Assembly: GCA_005881885.1 (NCBI GenBank)
Contig: VBDX01000134.1
Span: 4,534-68,533 of the forward strand
Source of the DNA: Chloroflexota bacterium
GTDB lineage: Bacteria > Chloroflexota > Limnocylindria > P2-11E
Length of the DNA: 64,000 nt
Direction of reading: 5' to 3'
Positions 18,463 through 28,767 of the stretch are shown one piece after another (within the stretch, counting starts at the first letter, position 1; the number at the start of each line of letters is the position of its first letter). Position numbers and translations under genes: made by a program. Under the pieces are notes generated by a model. The model saw nothing but the letters and a program-made list of their open reading frames with translations, did not search any database and had not been told where the DNA came from.

Positions 18463-18900
18463 CTACGCGGGCAGCGGCGTCCCGACTGCGAACGTATAGC
18501 CGTCGGGATCCTCGAGCACGCAGTCGCGCCAGCCGTGCGGCCAGTCGCGCGTCGCGACGAGGACCGTGTAGCCGGCCTCGCGTGCCCGACGCTCGGCGGC
18601 GTCCGGTTCGATGCCGAGGATGCGTATCTCCGCGCCGAACCCGCGCTTCCCGAGCCCCTGGAGTCGCTCCGCCCAGGGCATGCGCTCGTAGGTGTGGTCG
18701 GCGTGCAGCTGGAGACGGACTCCATGACCCTCGAGCGCCGCGAAATCGCCGTCCGAGTAGAGTGCCGAGAGACCCAGCACCCCTGTGTAAAAAGGCAGGC
18801 TACGCGCGACGTCGCGAACAATGAGATTGACGCTGAGTCCACCAAGCGTGCGGCCGTAGTCCGCCGCGGTCATCCAGGGCTGCGTCTTCCGCTTCTTCAC
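18463..18900 (-). CDS. VOC/glyoxalase family protein
   Basis: LIVRDVARSLPFYTGVLG, GWRDCVLEDPDGY. Confidence 0.9.
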   Translation of the reverse strand: MKKRKTQPWMTAADYGRTLGGLSVNLIVRDVARSLPFYTGVLGLSALYSDGDFAALEGHGVRLQLHADHTYERMPWAERLQGLGKRGFGAEIRILGIEPDAAERRAREAGYTVLVATRDWPHGWRDCVLEDPDGYTFAVGTPLPA

Positions 18901-19034
18901 GCGGTCACCGCGAGGCGCTCCGTCGTGCGCATGCCCACGGCCCAGAGCGGCACGGTGACCACGATCATCGCCGCACCGAAGAGCAAGGCAGGCGCGGGGC
19001 CGTTCGCGGCGAGCACGCCGCCGCATCGCTCCAC
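18897..19034 (-). pseudogene. possible 3' remnant of an MFS-like membrane protein
   Basis: GGVLAANGPAPALLFGAAMIVVTVPLWAV reads like a last TM helix; stop overlaps the VOC start (GTGA). Confidence 0.35.
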
Positions 19035-19051
19035 GAGAGGCCGCGGCGTGC

Positions 19052-20140
19052 TCAGAGCGGCGTCACCCGCCAGACCTCCGGGCTCGTTGTGAGGTCGGCT
19101 GAGGTCCGCCAGAGCAGTCCGCGACGGAAGGCCAGCACGATGCGCGCAGCGGGACCGTCGCGCACGGCGCCGTGTGCGACATCGATGAGCCGCACACCTC
19201 TGGGACACACCGTGGCGACGTCTCTTGCCGTCGCGCCGATCACGACGCAGCCCGTTTCGGCTTGCGCCGTGCGCGACCGCCCGCCGCTTACCGGGAGGAG
19301 CTCTATTTCTGTCGGCGGACGCACGGTCCCGAATCCCCGCACCCAGCCCACGGTGTCCGCGAAGCTCACCACATAGCCGCCCGCGTCGGCGCCTCGCGAG
19401 CTGAGCTGACGCGGTCGGCCGTCATACAGCTGCAGCTCCTGCTTCGCGCGATCAGCGCTGAACGTCGCCACCGCGACGCGTCCCGAGTCATCGAGATCGA
19501 AGTACGCCGGCTTGTCCGTGGTCAGGACCGTCTGACGAGGACCGTTCGGGCCCAGAAGGATGATCTCGTGCGGATCGAAGAGACCTCCGGCGTGAAGCCA
19601 TACGACGTCGCGGCCATTCGTCTTCGCGTACGGCCAGGGATTCCACGTATCGCCGCCCCTGAGACCGGTCAGGTCGATCTCGTCGAGCGTCTCCGTCTGC
19701 GCGGGATCGCGCCACGGCACCCGCAGGAGGCTGACGTGGGCGTCGCCGCCGCCAAGGTCCTCGGTCTGCCGAAGCAGCACGACCGCGTCGCGCGCGTCCT
19801 CGATGAGAAGCTCGGTCTCCTCCAGCTGGCGGAGCTCGTGGGTCTCGCCGCTTTGGAGATCGATCGCTCGAGCCTCGTACGTGATGCCCGCGACGCTCGA
19901 GCGGCGGAGCACGCCGACGAACACGTCGCGGTCGACCGCGACTTGCAACAGCTCGCAGGCCGGAAGCGCGCCGGGGATTGTCCGGGCATCGCAGTCCGGA
20001 AAGCTGATGCTCCGCTCGCCGCCGGCTGTGGCGAGCTGCGCCGAGGGCGAAACAGAGGGACGCTGCGGCGCGGTTCGCGATGCGTCAGAAGGCGCGATGC
20101 ACGCGCCAAGGAGCAGCACGACCAGCCCGAGGCGCTTCAT
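19052..20140 (-). CDS. hypothetical lipoprotein
   Basis: MKRLGLVVLLLGAC lipobox; starts 2 nt after the carB stop. Confidence 0.75.
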   Translation of the reverse strand: MKRLGLVVLLLGACIAPSDASRTAPQRPSVSPSAQLATAGGERSISFPDCDARTIPGALPACELLQVAVDRDVFVGVLRRSSVAGITYEARAIDLQSGETHELRQLEETELLIEDARDAVVLLRQTEDLGGGDAHVSLLRVPWRDPAQTETLDEIDLTGLRGGDTWNPWPYAKTNGRDVVWLHAGGLFDPHEIILLGPNGPRQTVLTTDKPAYFDLDDSGRVAVATFSADRAKQELQLYDGRPRQLSSRGADAGGYVVSFADTVGWVRGFGTVRPPTEIELLPVSGGRSRTAQAETGCVVIGATARDVATVCPRGVRLIDVAHGAVRDGPAARIVLAFRRGLLWRTSADLTTSPEVWRVTPL

Positions 20141-20142
20141 CC

Positions 20143-23100
20143 TTAGTCCGCGGCCGCGGTCACCGGCTCCTGCGCTCGATACTCGGCGAGTGGAGCGACG
20201 GTGTGCGTCACCGCACTCGCGCGGAGCGCGGTGACTACCGCGAGCGCGGTGTCCAGCGACGTGAGACAGGGCACGCGCGCCTCGACCGCGGCGCGGCGGA
20301 TGAGAAACCCGTCGCGGTCGACCGTCTTGCCGAGCGTCGGCGTGTTGATGACCGCGACGCACTCCCCGGACCGGATCAGAGTCAGGATGTCCTGGCTGCC
20401 CTCAGCGAGCTTGCGCACTTCGGTGACGTCGATGCCCACCGAGCGAACCAGCGCCGCGGTGCCCGCTGTCGCGACGATCTCGTACCCGAGCCAGTGAAAG
20501 CCCTCGATGACCGGCACCACCTCGGCCTTGTCCTTGTCGGCGACTGTCACGAGCACCTTCCCGCTCCGCGCAGGCGCGAGACCGGCGGCGACGAGCGACT
20601 TCCAGAGCGCTGGGGCGAACGTGCGGTCGACACCCATCACCTCGCCGGTGCTCTTCATCTCCGGTCCGAGGTACGTGTCCACCTCGAGCAGCTTCGCCAT
20701 GGAGAACACCGGGGCCTTGAGGGCGACGAGCGACCCTGTGGGCCAAAGCCCGTCTTCGCGGGCGTAGCCCTCGTCCGCGAGCGTCGACCCGAGCGCGACG
20801 GCAACCGCGAGCGAGACGAGCGGGACACCCGTGACCTTGGTGAGGAACGGCACGGTGCGGCTCGCGCGTGGATTCACCTCGAGGACCCAGACCCTTCCGC
20901 TCTCCACGATGAATTGGATGTTGAGAAGGCCCTTGACTGGGAGTGAAACGGCGATGCGTCGCGTGAGCTCCACGATCTCGTCACGCTCCGCGGGCAGGAG
21001 ATTCTGAGCGGGATAGACCGCGTAGCTGTCGCCGGAGTGAACGCCGGCGCGCTCGATGTGCTCCATGATCCCGGCGACCAGCGTGTCGCGGCCGTCGCTG
21101 ACCGCGTCGAGCTCGACCTCCTTCCCATGCAGGTATTTGTCCACGAGGACGCGACCGGTTCCGGCCTCGAGCGCGGAACGGAAATAGCGCGCCAGGTCGT
21201 CGGGCCCGTACGCGATCTCCATCCCGCGCCCGCCCAGGACATAGCTCGGGCGAACCAGCACGGGGTAGCCGATCTCTTTCGCGATTGCGAGCGCTTCCGC
21301 AGGCGACTCCGCGGTGCCGCCCGGCGGTTGCGGGATGCCGAGCGCGTCGGCGAAGTCGTGGAAGCGGCGGCGGTCTTCGGCAAGTGCGATGGCGTCCGCC
21401 GAGGTCCCGGCGATCTCGCCACCCATCGCGGCAAGGCGGTCCGCCAGGTTCAGCGCCGTCTGCCCTCCGAACTGGACGAGCACCGGTACGGTGGGGGTGC
21501 CGAGGTAGGCAGCGCCCTCTTCGCTCGCTTCGTTGTCGATGATCGCGGCGATTGACTCTTCGTCTAGCGGATCGAAGTAGAGACGGGCGGACGCGTCGAA
21601 GTCGGTGGAGACCGTCTCCGGATTGCTGTTCACCATGATCGGCGCGACACCCCGATCCCGTAGCGCGCCGGCGGACTGCACGCAGCAGCAGTCGAACTCG
21701 ATGCCCTGGCCGATGCGGATCGGGCCCGATCCGAGAATGACTGCCTTCGGACCGGGAAGAGGCGCGGCCTCGTTCTCCTGCTCGTAGGTCGAATAGAAGT
21801 ACGGCGTGACCGCCTCGAACTCGGCCGCGCAGGTATCCACCATCTTGTAGACGGGACGGATCCCCCACTGCGTCCGCAGGCGTCGCACATCCGCCGGAAG
21901 CATTCCCGTCAGCGTCGCGATATCCGCGTCGGCGAAACCGAGACGCTTCGCATTGCGAAGGAGCGCGGGTGTCGGCGTCCGGCCCTGCAGCTCGTCCTCC
22001 GCGAAGCGGACGATGCGCGCGATCTTCCGCAGGAACCAGCGGTCGATGTGCGTCCGGGCGTGAAGCACGTCGACCGGTGCGCCGCGTCGCAGCGCGGCGA
22101 AGAGACGCCAAAGTCGATCGTCGGTCGGCGGACCGGAGAGGAACCGATCGACGAAGTCCGTCGGGTCGGCGACCTCCACCCAGGGCGGCGCTTCCCAGAG
22201 AAGACCCTGTCCCTTCACCTCGAGCGACCGAAGCGCCTTCTGCAACGCGGCCTCGAAGCTGCGATCGATCGCCATCACTTCGCCGGTGGCCTTCATTTGG
22301 GTGCCAAGGCTGCGGTCGGCCGCCGCGAACTTGTCGAACGGCCAGCGCGGGATCTTCACCACGACGTAATCGAGCGCGGGCTCGAAGGCCGCGGTCGTCT
22401 TCTTGGTCACCGCATTCGGGATCTGGTCGAGACGCTTGCCGATGGCGATCTTCGCTGCGACCCGCGCGATCGGATAGCCGGTCGCCTTCGATGCGAGCGC
22501 GGAGCTGCGCGATACCCGCGGGTTCACCTCGATAACGAAGTACGGCACTTGCGCGTCGGGCTCATCAGTGGGCGCGTGATCCGGATGCAGCGCGAACTGA
22601 ATGTTGCAGCCGCCCTCGATGCCGAGGGCACGAATGATCCGGAGAGCCGCCGAGCGAAGCATTTGGTATTCCTTGTCGGTCAGCGTCTGCGAGGGGGCGA
22701 CTACGATCGAGTCGCCGGTGTGTACCCCCATAGGGTCAAGGTTCTCCATGTTGCAGACGGTGATGCAGGTGTCCGCGCTGTCGCGCATCACCTCGTACTC
22801 GATCTCCTTCCAGCCGGAGAGCGAGCGCTCGACCAGGACCTGTCCGATGGGTGAGGCCGCCACGCCTCGACCCACTCGCACCGCGAGCTCCCCCGCGTCG
22901 CCGGCCACGCCGCCGCCGGTACCGCCGAGCGTGAAGGCCGGACGGACGACGAGCGGATAGCCGATCCGCTCGGCGAACGCGAGCGCTTCCTCGCTGGTGT
23001 GCGCGGTGGCCGACTCGGGCACAGGTTCGCCGATGGATAGGAGAAGCTGCTTGAACGCCTCGCGGTCTTCGGCCTGCTGGATCGCGGTGAGCGGTGTGCC

Positions 23101-23427
23101 CAGCAGGCGCACGCCGTAGCGCTCGAGCGCGCCGGATTCCGCGAGAGCGACAGCGAGGTTGAGGCCGGTCTGCCCGCCCAGCGTCGCGAGCAGACCGCTC
23201 GGACGCTCCCTGGCGATCACGCGCTCCAGGACCTCGACGGTGAGCGGCTCGAGGTACGTGACATCGGCGACGCCGGGGTCGGTCATGATCGTCGCCGGGT
23301 TCGAGTTCACGAGCACCGTTTCGATGCCCTCCTCGCGCAGCGCACGGCAGGCTTGCGTGCCGGCGTAGTCGAACTCGGCCGCTTGCCCGATGAGGATCGG
23401 GCCGCTCCCGATGATCAGGACCTTCAT
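20143..23427 (-). CDS. carB: carbamoyl-phosphate synthase large subunit
   Basis: [34 protein letters not shown], second [14 protein letters not shown] half, MGS domain. Confidence 0.98.
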   Translation of the reverse strand: MKVLIIGSGPILIGQAAEFDYAGTQACRALREEGIETVLVNSNPATIMTDPGVADVTYLEPLTVEVLERVIARERPSGLLATLGGQTGLNLAVALAESGALERYGVRLLGTPLTAIQQAEDREAFKQLLLSIGEPVPESATAHTSEEALAFAERIGYPLVVRPAFTLGGTGGGVAGDAGELAVRVGRGVAASPIGQVLVERSLSGWKEIEYEVMRDSADTCITVCNMENLDPMGVHTGDSIVVAPSQTLTDKEYQMLRSAALRIIRALGIEGGCNIQFALHPDHAPTDEPDAQVPYFVIEVNPRVSRSSALASKATGYPIARVAAKIAIGKRLDQIPNAVTKKTTAAFEPALDYVVVKIPRWPFDKFAAADRSLGTQMKATGEVMAIDRSFEAALQKALRSLEVKGQGLLWEAPPWVEVADPTDFVDRFLSGPPTDDRLWRLFAALRRGAPVDVLHARTHIDRWFLRKIARIVRFAEDELQGRTPTPALLRNAKRLGFADADIATLTGMLPADVRRLRTQWGIRPVYKMVDTCAAEFEAVTPYFYSTYEQENEAAPLPGPKAVILGSGPIRIGQGIEFDCCCVQSAGALRDRGVAPIMVNSNPETVSTDFDASARLYFDPLDEESIAAIIDNEASEEGAAYLGTPTVPVLVQFGGQTALNLADRLAAMGGEIAGTSADAIALAEDRRRFHDFADALGIPQPPGGTAESPAEALAIAKEIGYPVLVRPSYVLGGRGMEIAYGPDDLARYFRSALEAGTGRVLVDKYLHGKEVELDAVSDGRDTLVAGIMEHIERAGVHSGDSYAVYPAQNLLPAERDEIVELTRRIAVSLPVKGLLNIQFIVESGRVWVLEVNPRASRTVPFLTKVTGVPLVSLAVAVALGSTLADEGYAREDGLWPTGSLVALKAPVFSMAKLLEVDTYLGPEMKSTGEVMGVDRTFAPALWKSLVAAGLAPARSGKVLVTVADKDKAEVVPVIEGFHWLGYEIVATAGTAALVRSVGIDVTEVRKLAEGSQDILTLIRSGECVAVINTPTLGKTVDRDGFLIRRAAVEARVPCLTSLDTALAVVTALRASAVTHTVAPLAEYRAQEPVTAAAD

Positions 23428-24269
23428 AGGTCGAGCCACCCGCCGCCCATCGGCACGCAGCGGCCGCCCACCCGTACGCTCGTGACCCGCCCGCCGGAGC
23501 TGTCGACCTCGATGTCCAGGATGCTCGGACGTCCGATCTCGAAGCCCTGCTCGCTGCGGATCCGTACGGTGCCCGCGTCCGACACGAGCCCCTGCGCGAC
23601 GAGATACGCGCCGAGGGGGCCCTGGGCTGCCCCCGTCGCCGGATCCTCACCGATGCCGAGGCCCTCGTCGAACATCCGTCCGTGCACGTGCGAGCCGGAA
23701 CGCTCGCCGCTCATCGCGAAGACGTAGACGTTCGCGCCGAGTGCGCTCGGGCGCCGGGCACGCCGGACTGCCTTGAGATTCGCGAGCGGCACGAACAGGA
23801 ACGGGACCCCGGATGAGCCGACCTGGATCGGCACGTCGCTGCGCACCTCTTCGACCGCGAGCGACAACGCTTCCGCGGTCGCTTGCCGCGTGATCGTCGA
23901 CCCGGTGAACGAGGGCAGGGGCTGCTCCATCTGCACGAATCCGTCGCGCGACGTCACGCGGATGGTGCCGACGCCTTCCTCGAGCCACATCGTGCCGTCG
24001 CGGCCCGCGGCGACGACGAAGGCCGTACCGATGGTCGGATGACCGGCGAACGGCAGCTCGGCGTCCGGTGTGAAGATGCGCAGCCGGTGATCGGCGGCCT
24101 TCGACGTCGGAGGCAGCACGAACGTGGTCTCAGAGAGGTGAAGCTCCTTCGCGATCGACTGCATCGAGCGCTCGTCGATCCCCCGGCCATCGGTGAACAC
24201 GGCCAGCGGATTCCCGCCGAAGGGACGATCCGTGAAGACGTCGACGAGCTGGTACTCGCGCCGCGTCAC
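23424..24269 (-). CDS. PhzF family isomerase
   Basis: [37 protein letters not shown]. Confidence 0.93.
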   Translation of the reverse strand: MTRREYQLVDVFTDRPFGGNPLAVFTDGRGIDERSMQSIAKELHLSETTFVLPPTSKAADHRLRIFTPDAELPFAGHPTIGTAFVVAAGRDGTMWLEEGVGTIRVTSRDGFVQMEQPLPSFTGSTITRQATAEALSLAVEEVRSDVPIQVGSSGVPFLFVPLANLKAVRRARRPSALGANVYVFAMSGERSGSHVHGRMFDEGLGIGEDPATGAAQGPLGAYLVAQGLVSDAGTVRIRSEQGFEIGRPSILDIEVDSSGGRVTSVRVGGRCVPMGGGWLDL

Positions 24270-25396
24270 TTGCGAGCGACGGCGTCGCGGACGTCGTCCA
24301 TGAACGCGTCGAAGACCGGCTCGTTATCGCGTGGTCCGGGAGCGCCTTCGGGATGGTACTGAAACGTCCTGATCGGAAGCCTCTCGTGCACGAGGCCCTC
24401 GACCGAGCCGTCGTTGAGGTTCCGCGACGAGACGACGAAACCCGAGTCCGACGGGATCGACGACTCGTCCACCTGAAACTCGTGGTTCTGCGACGTGATC
24501 GCGACTTTTCCCGTGCGCAGGTCCTGGACCGGATGGTTCGCCCCGTGATGGCCGAACGGCAAGCGCGAGGTCGACGCGCCGATGGCACGGGCGACGAGCT
24601 GGTGGCCGAGGCAGATGCCGAGGATGGGCAGCGGGCGCGACGTCCCGCGCGCGGCGACCGCATCGAGCAGGGTTCGCGTGGTGGCCGCGATCTGCGGGAT
24701 CGCGGCCGGATCGCCTGGTCCGTTGGAGATGACGATTCCGTCGGGCGACCACGAGAGGATCTCGCGCGCGGTCGATGTCGCGGGGAAGATCTTCACCGTC
24801 GCGCCCCGCCGCACGAGGCACCGGACCTGGTTCTCCTTCACGCCCGTGTCCAGGAGCGCGACCTTGGGTCCGCTCCCGGTCTGCCGCGGGAGGCCCGTCG
24901 ATTCGACGACGAGCGGCTTCGCCGCGAGCGGAGCGGTCGCCTGCGCCTTGGCGACGGCCTCGCGCGCGATGTCCGGATCCTGCGAGCGATGCGGCGGCAC
25001 CTGCAGGATCGCGCCGCGCAGGGTGCCTTTCGCGCGCAGGCGCCGCACCAGCGCGCGCGTATCGATGCCCGCGAGGCCCGGGACGCCATAGGAACGCAGG
25101 TACGCATCGAGATCGATGGTCCCTTCGCGGCACGTCGTCACAACCTCGCGGACGACGAGCGCTTCGACCCATGGCCGGCGGCTCTCGGCCGCACGATCGA
25201 ACGTCCCGTAGTTGCCGATGAGCGGATAGGTCAGGACGACGATCTGTCCGTTGTAGGAAGCGTCGGACGCGATCTCCTGATATCCGGTCATCGCCGTGTT
25301 GAACACGACCTCACCCGACGCCGGGGAACCGTCACCGAAGGCTTCTCCCCACCACGTCGAGCCGTCTTCCAGCCCGAGGACCGCCGCCCTGGTCAT
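24266..25396 (-). CDS. carA: carbamoyl-phosphate synthase small subunit
   Basis: GEVVFNTAMTGYQE, SNGPGDP, GICLGHQ, QYHPE. Confidence 0.97.
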   Translation of the reverse strand: MTRAAVLGLEDGSTWWGEAFGDGSPASGEVVFNTAMTGYQEIASDASYNGQIVVLTYPLIGNYGTFDRAAESRRPWVEALVVREVVTTCREGTIDLDAYLRSYGVPGLAGIDTRALVRRLRAKGTLRGAILQVPPHRSQDPDIAREAVAKAQATAPLAAKPLVVESTGLPRQTGSGPKVALLDTGVKENQVRCLVRRGATVKIFPATSTAREILSWSPDGIVISNGPGDPAAIPQIAATTRTLLDAVAARGTSRPLPILGICLGHQLVARAIGASTSRLPFGHHGANHPVQDLRTGKVAITSQNHEFQVDESSIPSDSGFVVSSRNLNDGSVEGLVHERLPIRTFQYHPEGAPGPRDNEPVFDAFMDDVRDAVARK

Positions 25397-25397
25397 G

Positions 25398-25436
25398 AAT
25401 GCATAACTATACGTTGCGGATGCATAAAGATGCAAT
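25398..25436. promoter_or_regulatory. tandem ARG boxes (ArgR operator) over an internal carA promoter
   Basis: AATGCATAACTATACGTT-gcg-GATGCATAAAGATGCAAT (18+3+18); minus-strand TTGCAT-18-TATAGT ends 9 nt before the carA ATG. Confidence 0.75.
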
Positions 25437-25448
25437 TGCCCTTCGAGC

Positions 25449-26675
25449 TCAGCGACGGCTGACCGCTTCGGCGGCATGCACAGCTCCTTCGTAGCGAACT
25501 TCTTCCCCAACCACTGTCGCAACGACCCGTCCTATCAGCGTCCGCCCTATCAGCGGGGTGTTCTTTCCTTTTGACGCGAGCTCGGCGGCTCGCGGCATCC
25601 ACTCGGCGTCGCGGTCGATGACGACCCAATCGCCCTTGGGTCGGTCGATCCCGAGGGCGCGCGCGGGTCCGCTCGTGAGCGCGTCGATCACCGTCTCAAG
25701 CGGGGCCCACCCCGCGCGGACGCCGCCGAGCACGAGCGCCAGCGCGGTCTCGAGACCCGAGATCCCGAACGCGGCCTGATCGAACTCGACGTCCTTCTTG
25801 ACGGATGCGTGCGGAGCGTGGTCGGTGGCGATCGCGTCGACCGTCCGGTCCTCGAGTCCGGCCCAGAGCGCTCGTACGTCCGCGCCCGTCCGCAGCGGCG
25901 GATTCACTTTCGTCGACGAGTCAAACGGCGCGCCCCGCGGTGCCCGTTCCTCGGTCTCCCACGCGAAGGCCCGCGATCCCGCGACCCACTCATCGGTCAT
26001 CGCGAGGTGATGAGGCGTGACGTCGCACGTGACCAAAGCGCCGTCGGCTTTCGCGCGGCGCACGAGCTCGACCGAGCCGGCTGTCGAGAGATGCGTCAGA
26101 TGCAACCGCGCGCCGGCGAGCTTGGCCAGCGCGAGGTCGCGCGCCACCGCAGCCTCCTCGGCGGCCGCGGGCATGCCCGGAAGGCCGAGCCGCGCGGAAA
26201 CCGCTCCTTCGTGCATGACGCCCTTCGCCGAGAGCGCGAGATCTTGCGCGTGCTCGATGATCGGCCGCCCCGAGGCCCGTGCGTACTCGAGCGCGCTGCG
26301 GAAGAGACGCGCATCCTCTACCGGCGATCCGTCGTCGGAGAAGGCGACCGCGCCGGCGTCGGCGAGCTCGACCATATCCGCGAGCTCGCGGCCCTTGCGC
26401 CCGCGCGTGATCGCGGCGACGAAGTGCACGCGCGCGCCGTTGACGCCGTAGCCACGGCCGAGCAGCTCCTTGAGCAGGCCCGGCGAATCGATCGCCGGTT
26501 CCGTATTCGGCATCGCACAGATGGTGGTGAAGCCGCCACGCAGCGCGGCCCTGCGACCGGTCTCGATCGTCTCCGAATCCTCGAATCCTGGCTCGCGCAG
26601 ATGGGTGTGCAGATCGACGAAGCCCGGGACCACGAGATAGCCCTTCGCCTCGAACGCGCGGCGGTCGAAGCTCAT
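25449..26675 (-). CDS. pyrC: dihydroorotase
   Basis: DLHTHLREPG, AMPNT, KVNPPLR, ATDHAPH. Confidence 0.95.
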   Translation of the reverse strand: MSFDRRAFEAKGYLVVPGFVDLHTHLREPGFEDSETIETGRRAALRGGFTTICAMPNTEPAIDSPGLLKELLGRGYGVNGARVHFVAAITRGRKGRELADMVELADAGAVAFSDDGSPVEDARLFRSALEYARASGRPIIEHAQDLALSAKGVMHEGAVSARLGLPGMPAAAEEAAVARDLALAKLAGARLHLTHLSTAGSVELVRRAKADGALVTCDVTPHHLAMTDEWVAGSRAFAWETEERAPRGAPFDSSTKVNPPLRTGADVRALWAGLEDRTVDAIATDHAPHASVKKDVEFDQAAFGISGLETALALVLGGVRAGWAPLETVIDALTSGPARALGIDRPKGDWVVIDRDAEWMPRAAELASKGKNTPLIGRTLIGRVVATVVGEEVRYEGAVHAAEAVSRR

Positions 26676-27751
26676 CCGCGCTTCTCGATCGGATTCGGCA
26701 GCCCTGCCCCGTCGGGGCCCCCAACCCCCGCGGCCAGGAGGTAGAGCAGAGCCATACGCACCGCAACGCCGTTTGCGACCTGTTTCTCGATCAGCGAACG
26801 GCTGCCGTGCGCGACGGCCGCGTCGATCTCGATCCCCTCGTTCATCGGGCCGGGATGCATCACCGGCGCGCCCGGCCGCATGCGCGCGACCCGCTCCTCC
26901 GACAGCCCCCACACGCGGCTGTACTCACGAACCGAGGGAAGAAGTCCGGACTCCTGTCGCTCCCGCTGCAGTCGAAGCGCGATGACCGCATCCGCCCCAT
27001 CGAGCGCGCGATCCAGCTCGGGCTCATACGTGACGCCGGCCGGCACCTCGCCGCAGCGCCACGCGACAGGGATAAGCGTCGGCGGACCCGAGAGCGTCAC
27101 GCGCGCGCCGAGCGGGACGAGCGTGTTGATGTCGGACCGGGCGACCCGGCTATGGAGGATGTCGCCGACGATCACCACGCGCTTGCCGCCGAGCTCGCCT
27201 ACGGCCTCGCGAAGGGTGTAGGCGTCGAGGAGGCCCTGCGTGGGATGAGCGTGCCACCCGTCGCCGGCATTGATGACGGCCGATTCGGTGCGCTCGGCGA
27301 CGAAGTACGGCGCGCCGGAAGAGCCGTGGCGTATCACGACCACGTCGCCGCCGAGGGCCTGCAGCGTGCGTACGGTGTCGAGGAGCGACTCGCCCTTCTC
27401 GACCGAGGACCCGGTGGCGGTGATGTTCACGACGTCGGCCGAGAGCGCCTTTGCCGCGAGCTCGAAGGACACGCGCGTGCGCGTCGAGACCTCCGCGAAG
27501 AACAGGATCACCGTTCGCCCACGGAGCGGAGGCGCGCGGCGGATCGGCCGCGAGAGGATCTCGACCATCGCGCGCGTCTGATCGAGCACCGTCTCGATCT
27601 CCTCGCGCGACCAATCGTCGGTGTCGAGCACATGTCGCCGGATCCACTTCACGCCGGGGCGACGCCCCGCTACCAGTTTTCGCAGGTCGCTACCGCGCCC
27701 AGGGGCCCCTCCCCCTGCCGCCCCTGCCACGCCGGGCTTAGACGCGCTCAT
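26672..27751 (-). CDS. pyrB: aspartate carbamoyltransferase
   Basis: [27 protein letters not shown]. Confidence 0.97.
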   Translation of the reverse strand: MSASKPGVAGAAGGGAPGRGSDLRKLVAGRRPGVKWIRRHVLDTDDWSREEIETVLDQTRAMVEILSRPIRRAPPLRGRTVILFFAEVSTRTRVSFELAAKALSADVVNITATGSSVEKGESLLDTVRTLQALGGDVVVIRHGSSGAPYFVAERTESAVINAGDGWHAHPTQGLLDAYTLREAVGELGGKRVVIVGDILHSRVARSDINTLVPLGARVTLSGPPTLIPVAWRCGEVPAGVTYEPELDRALDGADAVIALRLQRERQESGLLPSVREYSRVWGLSEERVARMRPGAPVMHPGPMNEGIEIDAAVAHGSRSLIEKQVANGVAVRMALLYLLAAGVGGPDGAGLPNPIEKRG

Positions 27752-28274
27752 GGACAGCCACCTCGACTTCGTCGCGACCGTCGACCTCCGTGAGATGCAC
27801 GCGAACGTCATCGTCAGGCGAAGTGGGGACGTTCTTGCCGACGAAGTCCGCGCGGATCGGAAGCTCGCGATGGCCGCGGTCCACGAGAACGGCAAGGCGG
27901 ATCGCACGCGGACGCCCGTAATCGACAAGCGCATCCATGGCCGCGCGGACGGTGCGGCCGGTGAAGAGCACGTCGTCGACGAGCACGACGACGCGGTCGG
28001 CGACGGAGAACGGGATCTCGGACTCGCGCACCACCGGCGCGTAGCCGATACGCGTCAGATCGTCACGGTAGAGGGTGATATCGATCGCGCCGAGAGGAAG
28101 ATCGACGCCTTCGTTCGCGCGTATGGCCTCGCGAATGCGCGACGCGAGCGCATCGCCGCGCGCGCGAATCCCGACGATCGCGAGAAGGGAGAGATCGCGG
28201 TCGCGCTCGACGATCTCGTGCGCGATCCTCGTGACGGCGCGGCGGACGTCCTCCGCACCGAGCAGCGTAGTTAC
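27738..28274 (-). CDS. pyrR: pyrimidine regulator / UPRTase PyrR (proposed GTA start)
   Basis: [42 protein letters not shown]; AAGGAG-6nt-GTA with no nearby in-frame ATG/GTG/TTG. Confidence 0.93.
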   Translation of the reverse strand, partial: VTTLLGAEDVRRAVTRIAHEIVERDRDLSLLAIVGIRARGDALASRIREAIRANEGVDLPLGAIDITLYRDDLTRIGYAPVVRESEIPFSVADRVVVLVDDVLFTGRTVRAAMDALVDYGRPRAIRLAVLVDRGHRELPIRADFVGKNVPTSPDDDVRVHLTEVDGRDEVEVAVHERV

Positions 28275-28282
28275 CTGGCGCT

Positions 28283-28315
28283 CCTTTCCGGCCTCGCAGG
28301 ACCGGTACTTAAAGG
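28283..28315 (-). promoter_or_regulatory. PyrR-binding RNA element
   Basis: Minus strand CCTTTAAGTACCGGTCCTGCGAGGCCGGAAAGG matches CUUUAA...RUCCNGNGAGGY; CCUUU can pair with AAAGG of the pyrR SD. Confidence 0.85.
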
Positions 28316-28398
28316 TGATCGCGCTCCGACAAGTATAGGAATTCCGTACGCGCGAGGATGTGCATGACGCCGAAAGGCGCTTTGGAGTTAAACCCGAG

Positions 28399-28755
28399 AT
28401 GCACGTCTTCCAGCGTGGAGCTCTGGCACGGCGGCGAATCGTGCGGTTCGCCCTCACCTCCGCGACCGTGCTCGTCCTCGCGGGATTGGCCGTGCTGGTA
28501 GCGGGAGTCGTCTCGAGCGATGGCGGCCCGGTGCTGCCCGCATTCGTCGGCCCGCTGCAGCGCGTGCTCGCTCCGGCACCACCCCCAGCGACCTCGGCCC
28601 CGACCGCGAGGCCCACCACCACGTCGTCAGCGCCCACCACGGCCGGTCCCGCGAGCTCGCCGCCGGCAGCTTCTCCTCGAACCGGTCGCCCGTCGAACTC
28701 GCCGAACGGTCCGCCCAGCAGCTTCCCCGGCCATACACAGTCGCCGCATCCATAG
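28399..28755 (+). CDS. small membrane-anchored Pro/Ser/Thr-rich protein
   Basis: One TM segment then a low-complexity tail; precedes the GT2 gene. Confidence 0.55.
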   Translation: MHVFQRGALARRRIVRFALTSATVLVLAGLAVLVAGVVSSDGGPVLPAFVGPLQRVLAPAPPPATSAPTARPTTTSSAPTTAGPASSPPAASPRTGRPSNSPNGPPSSFPGHTQSPHP

Positions 28756-28767
28756 AGCGGGCCGCCG

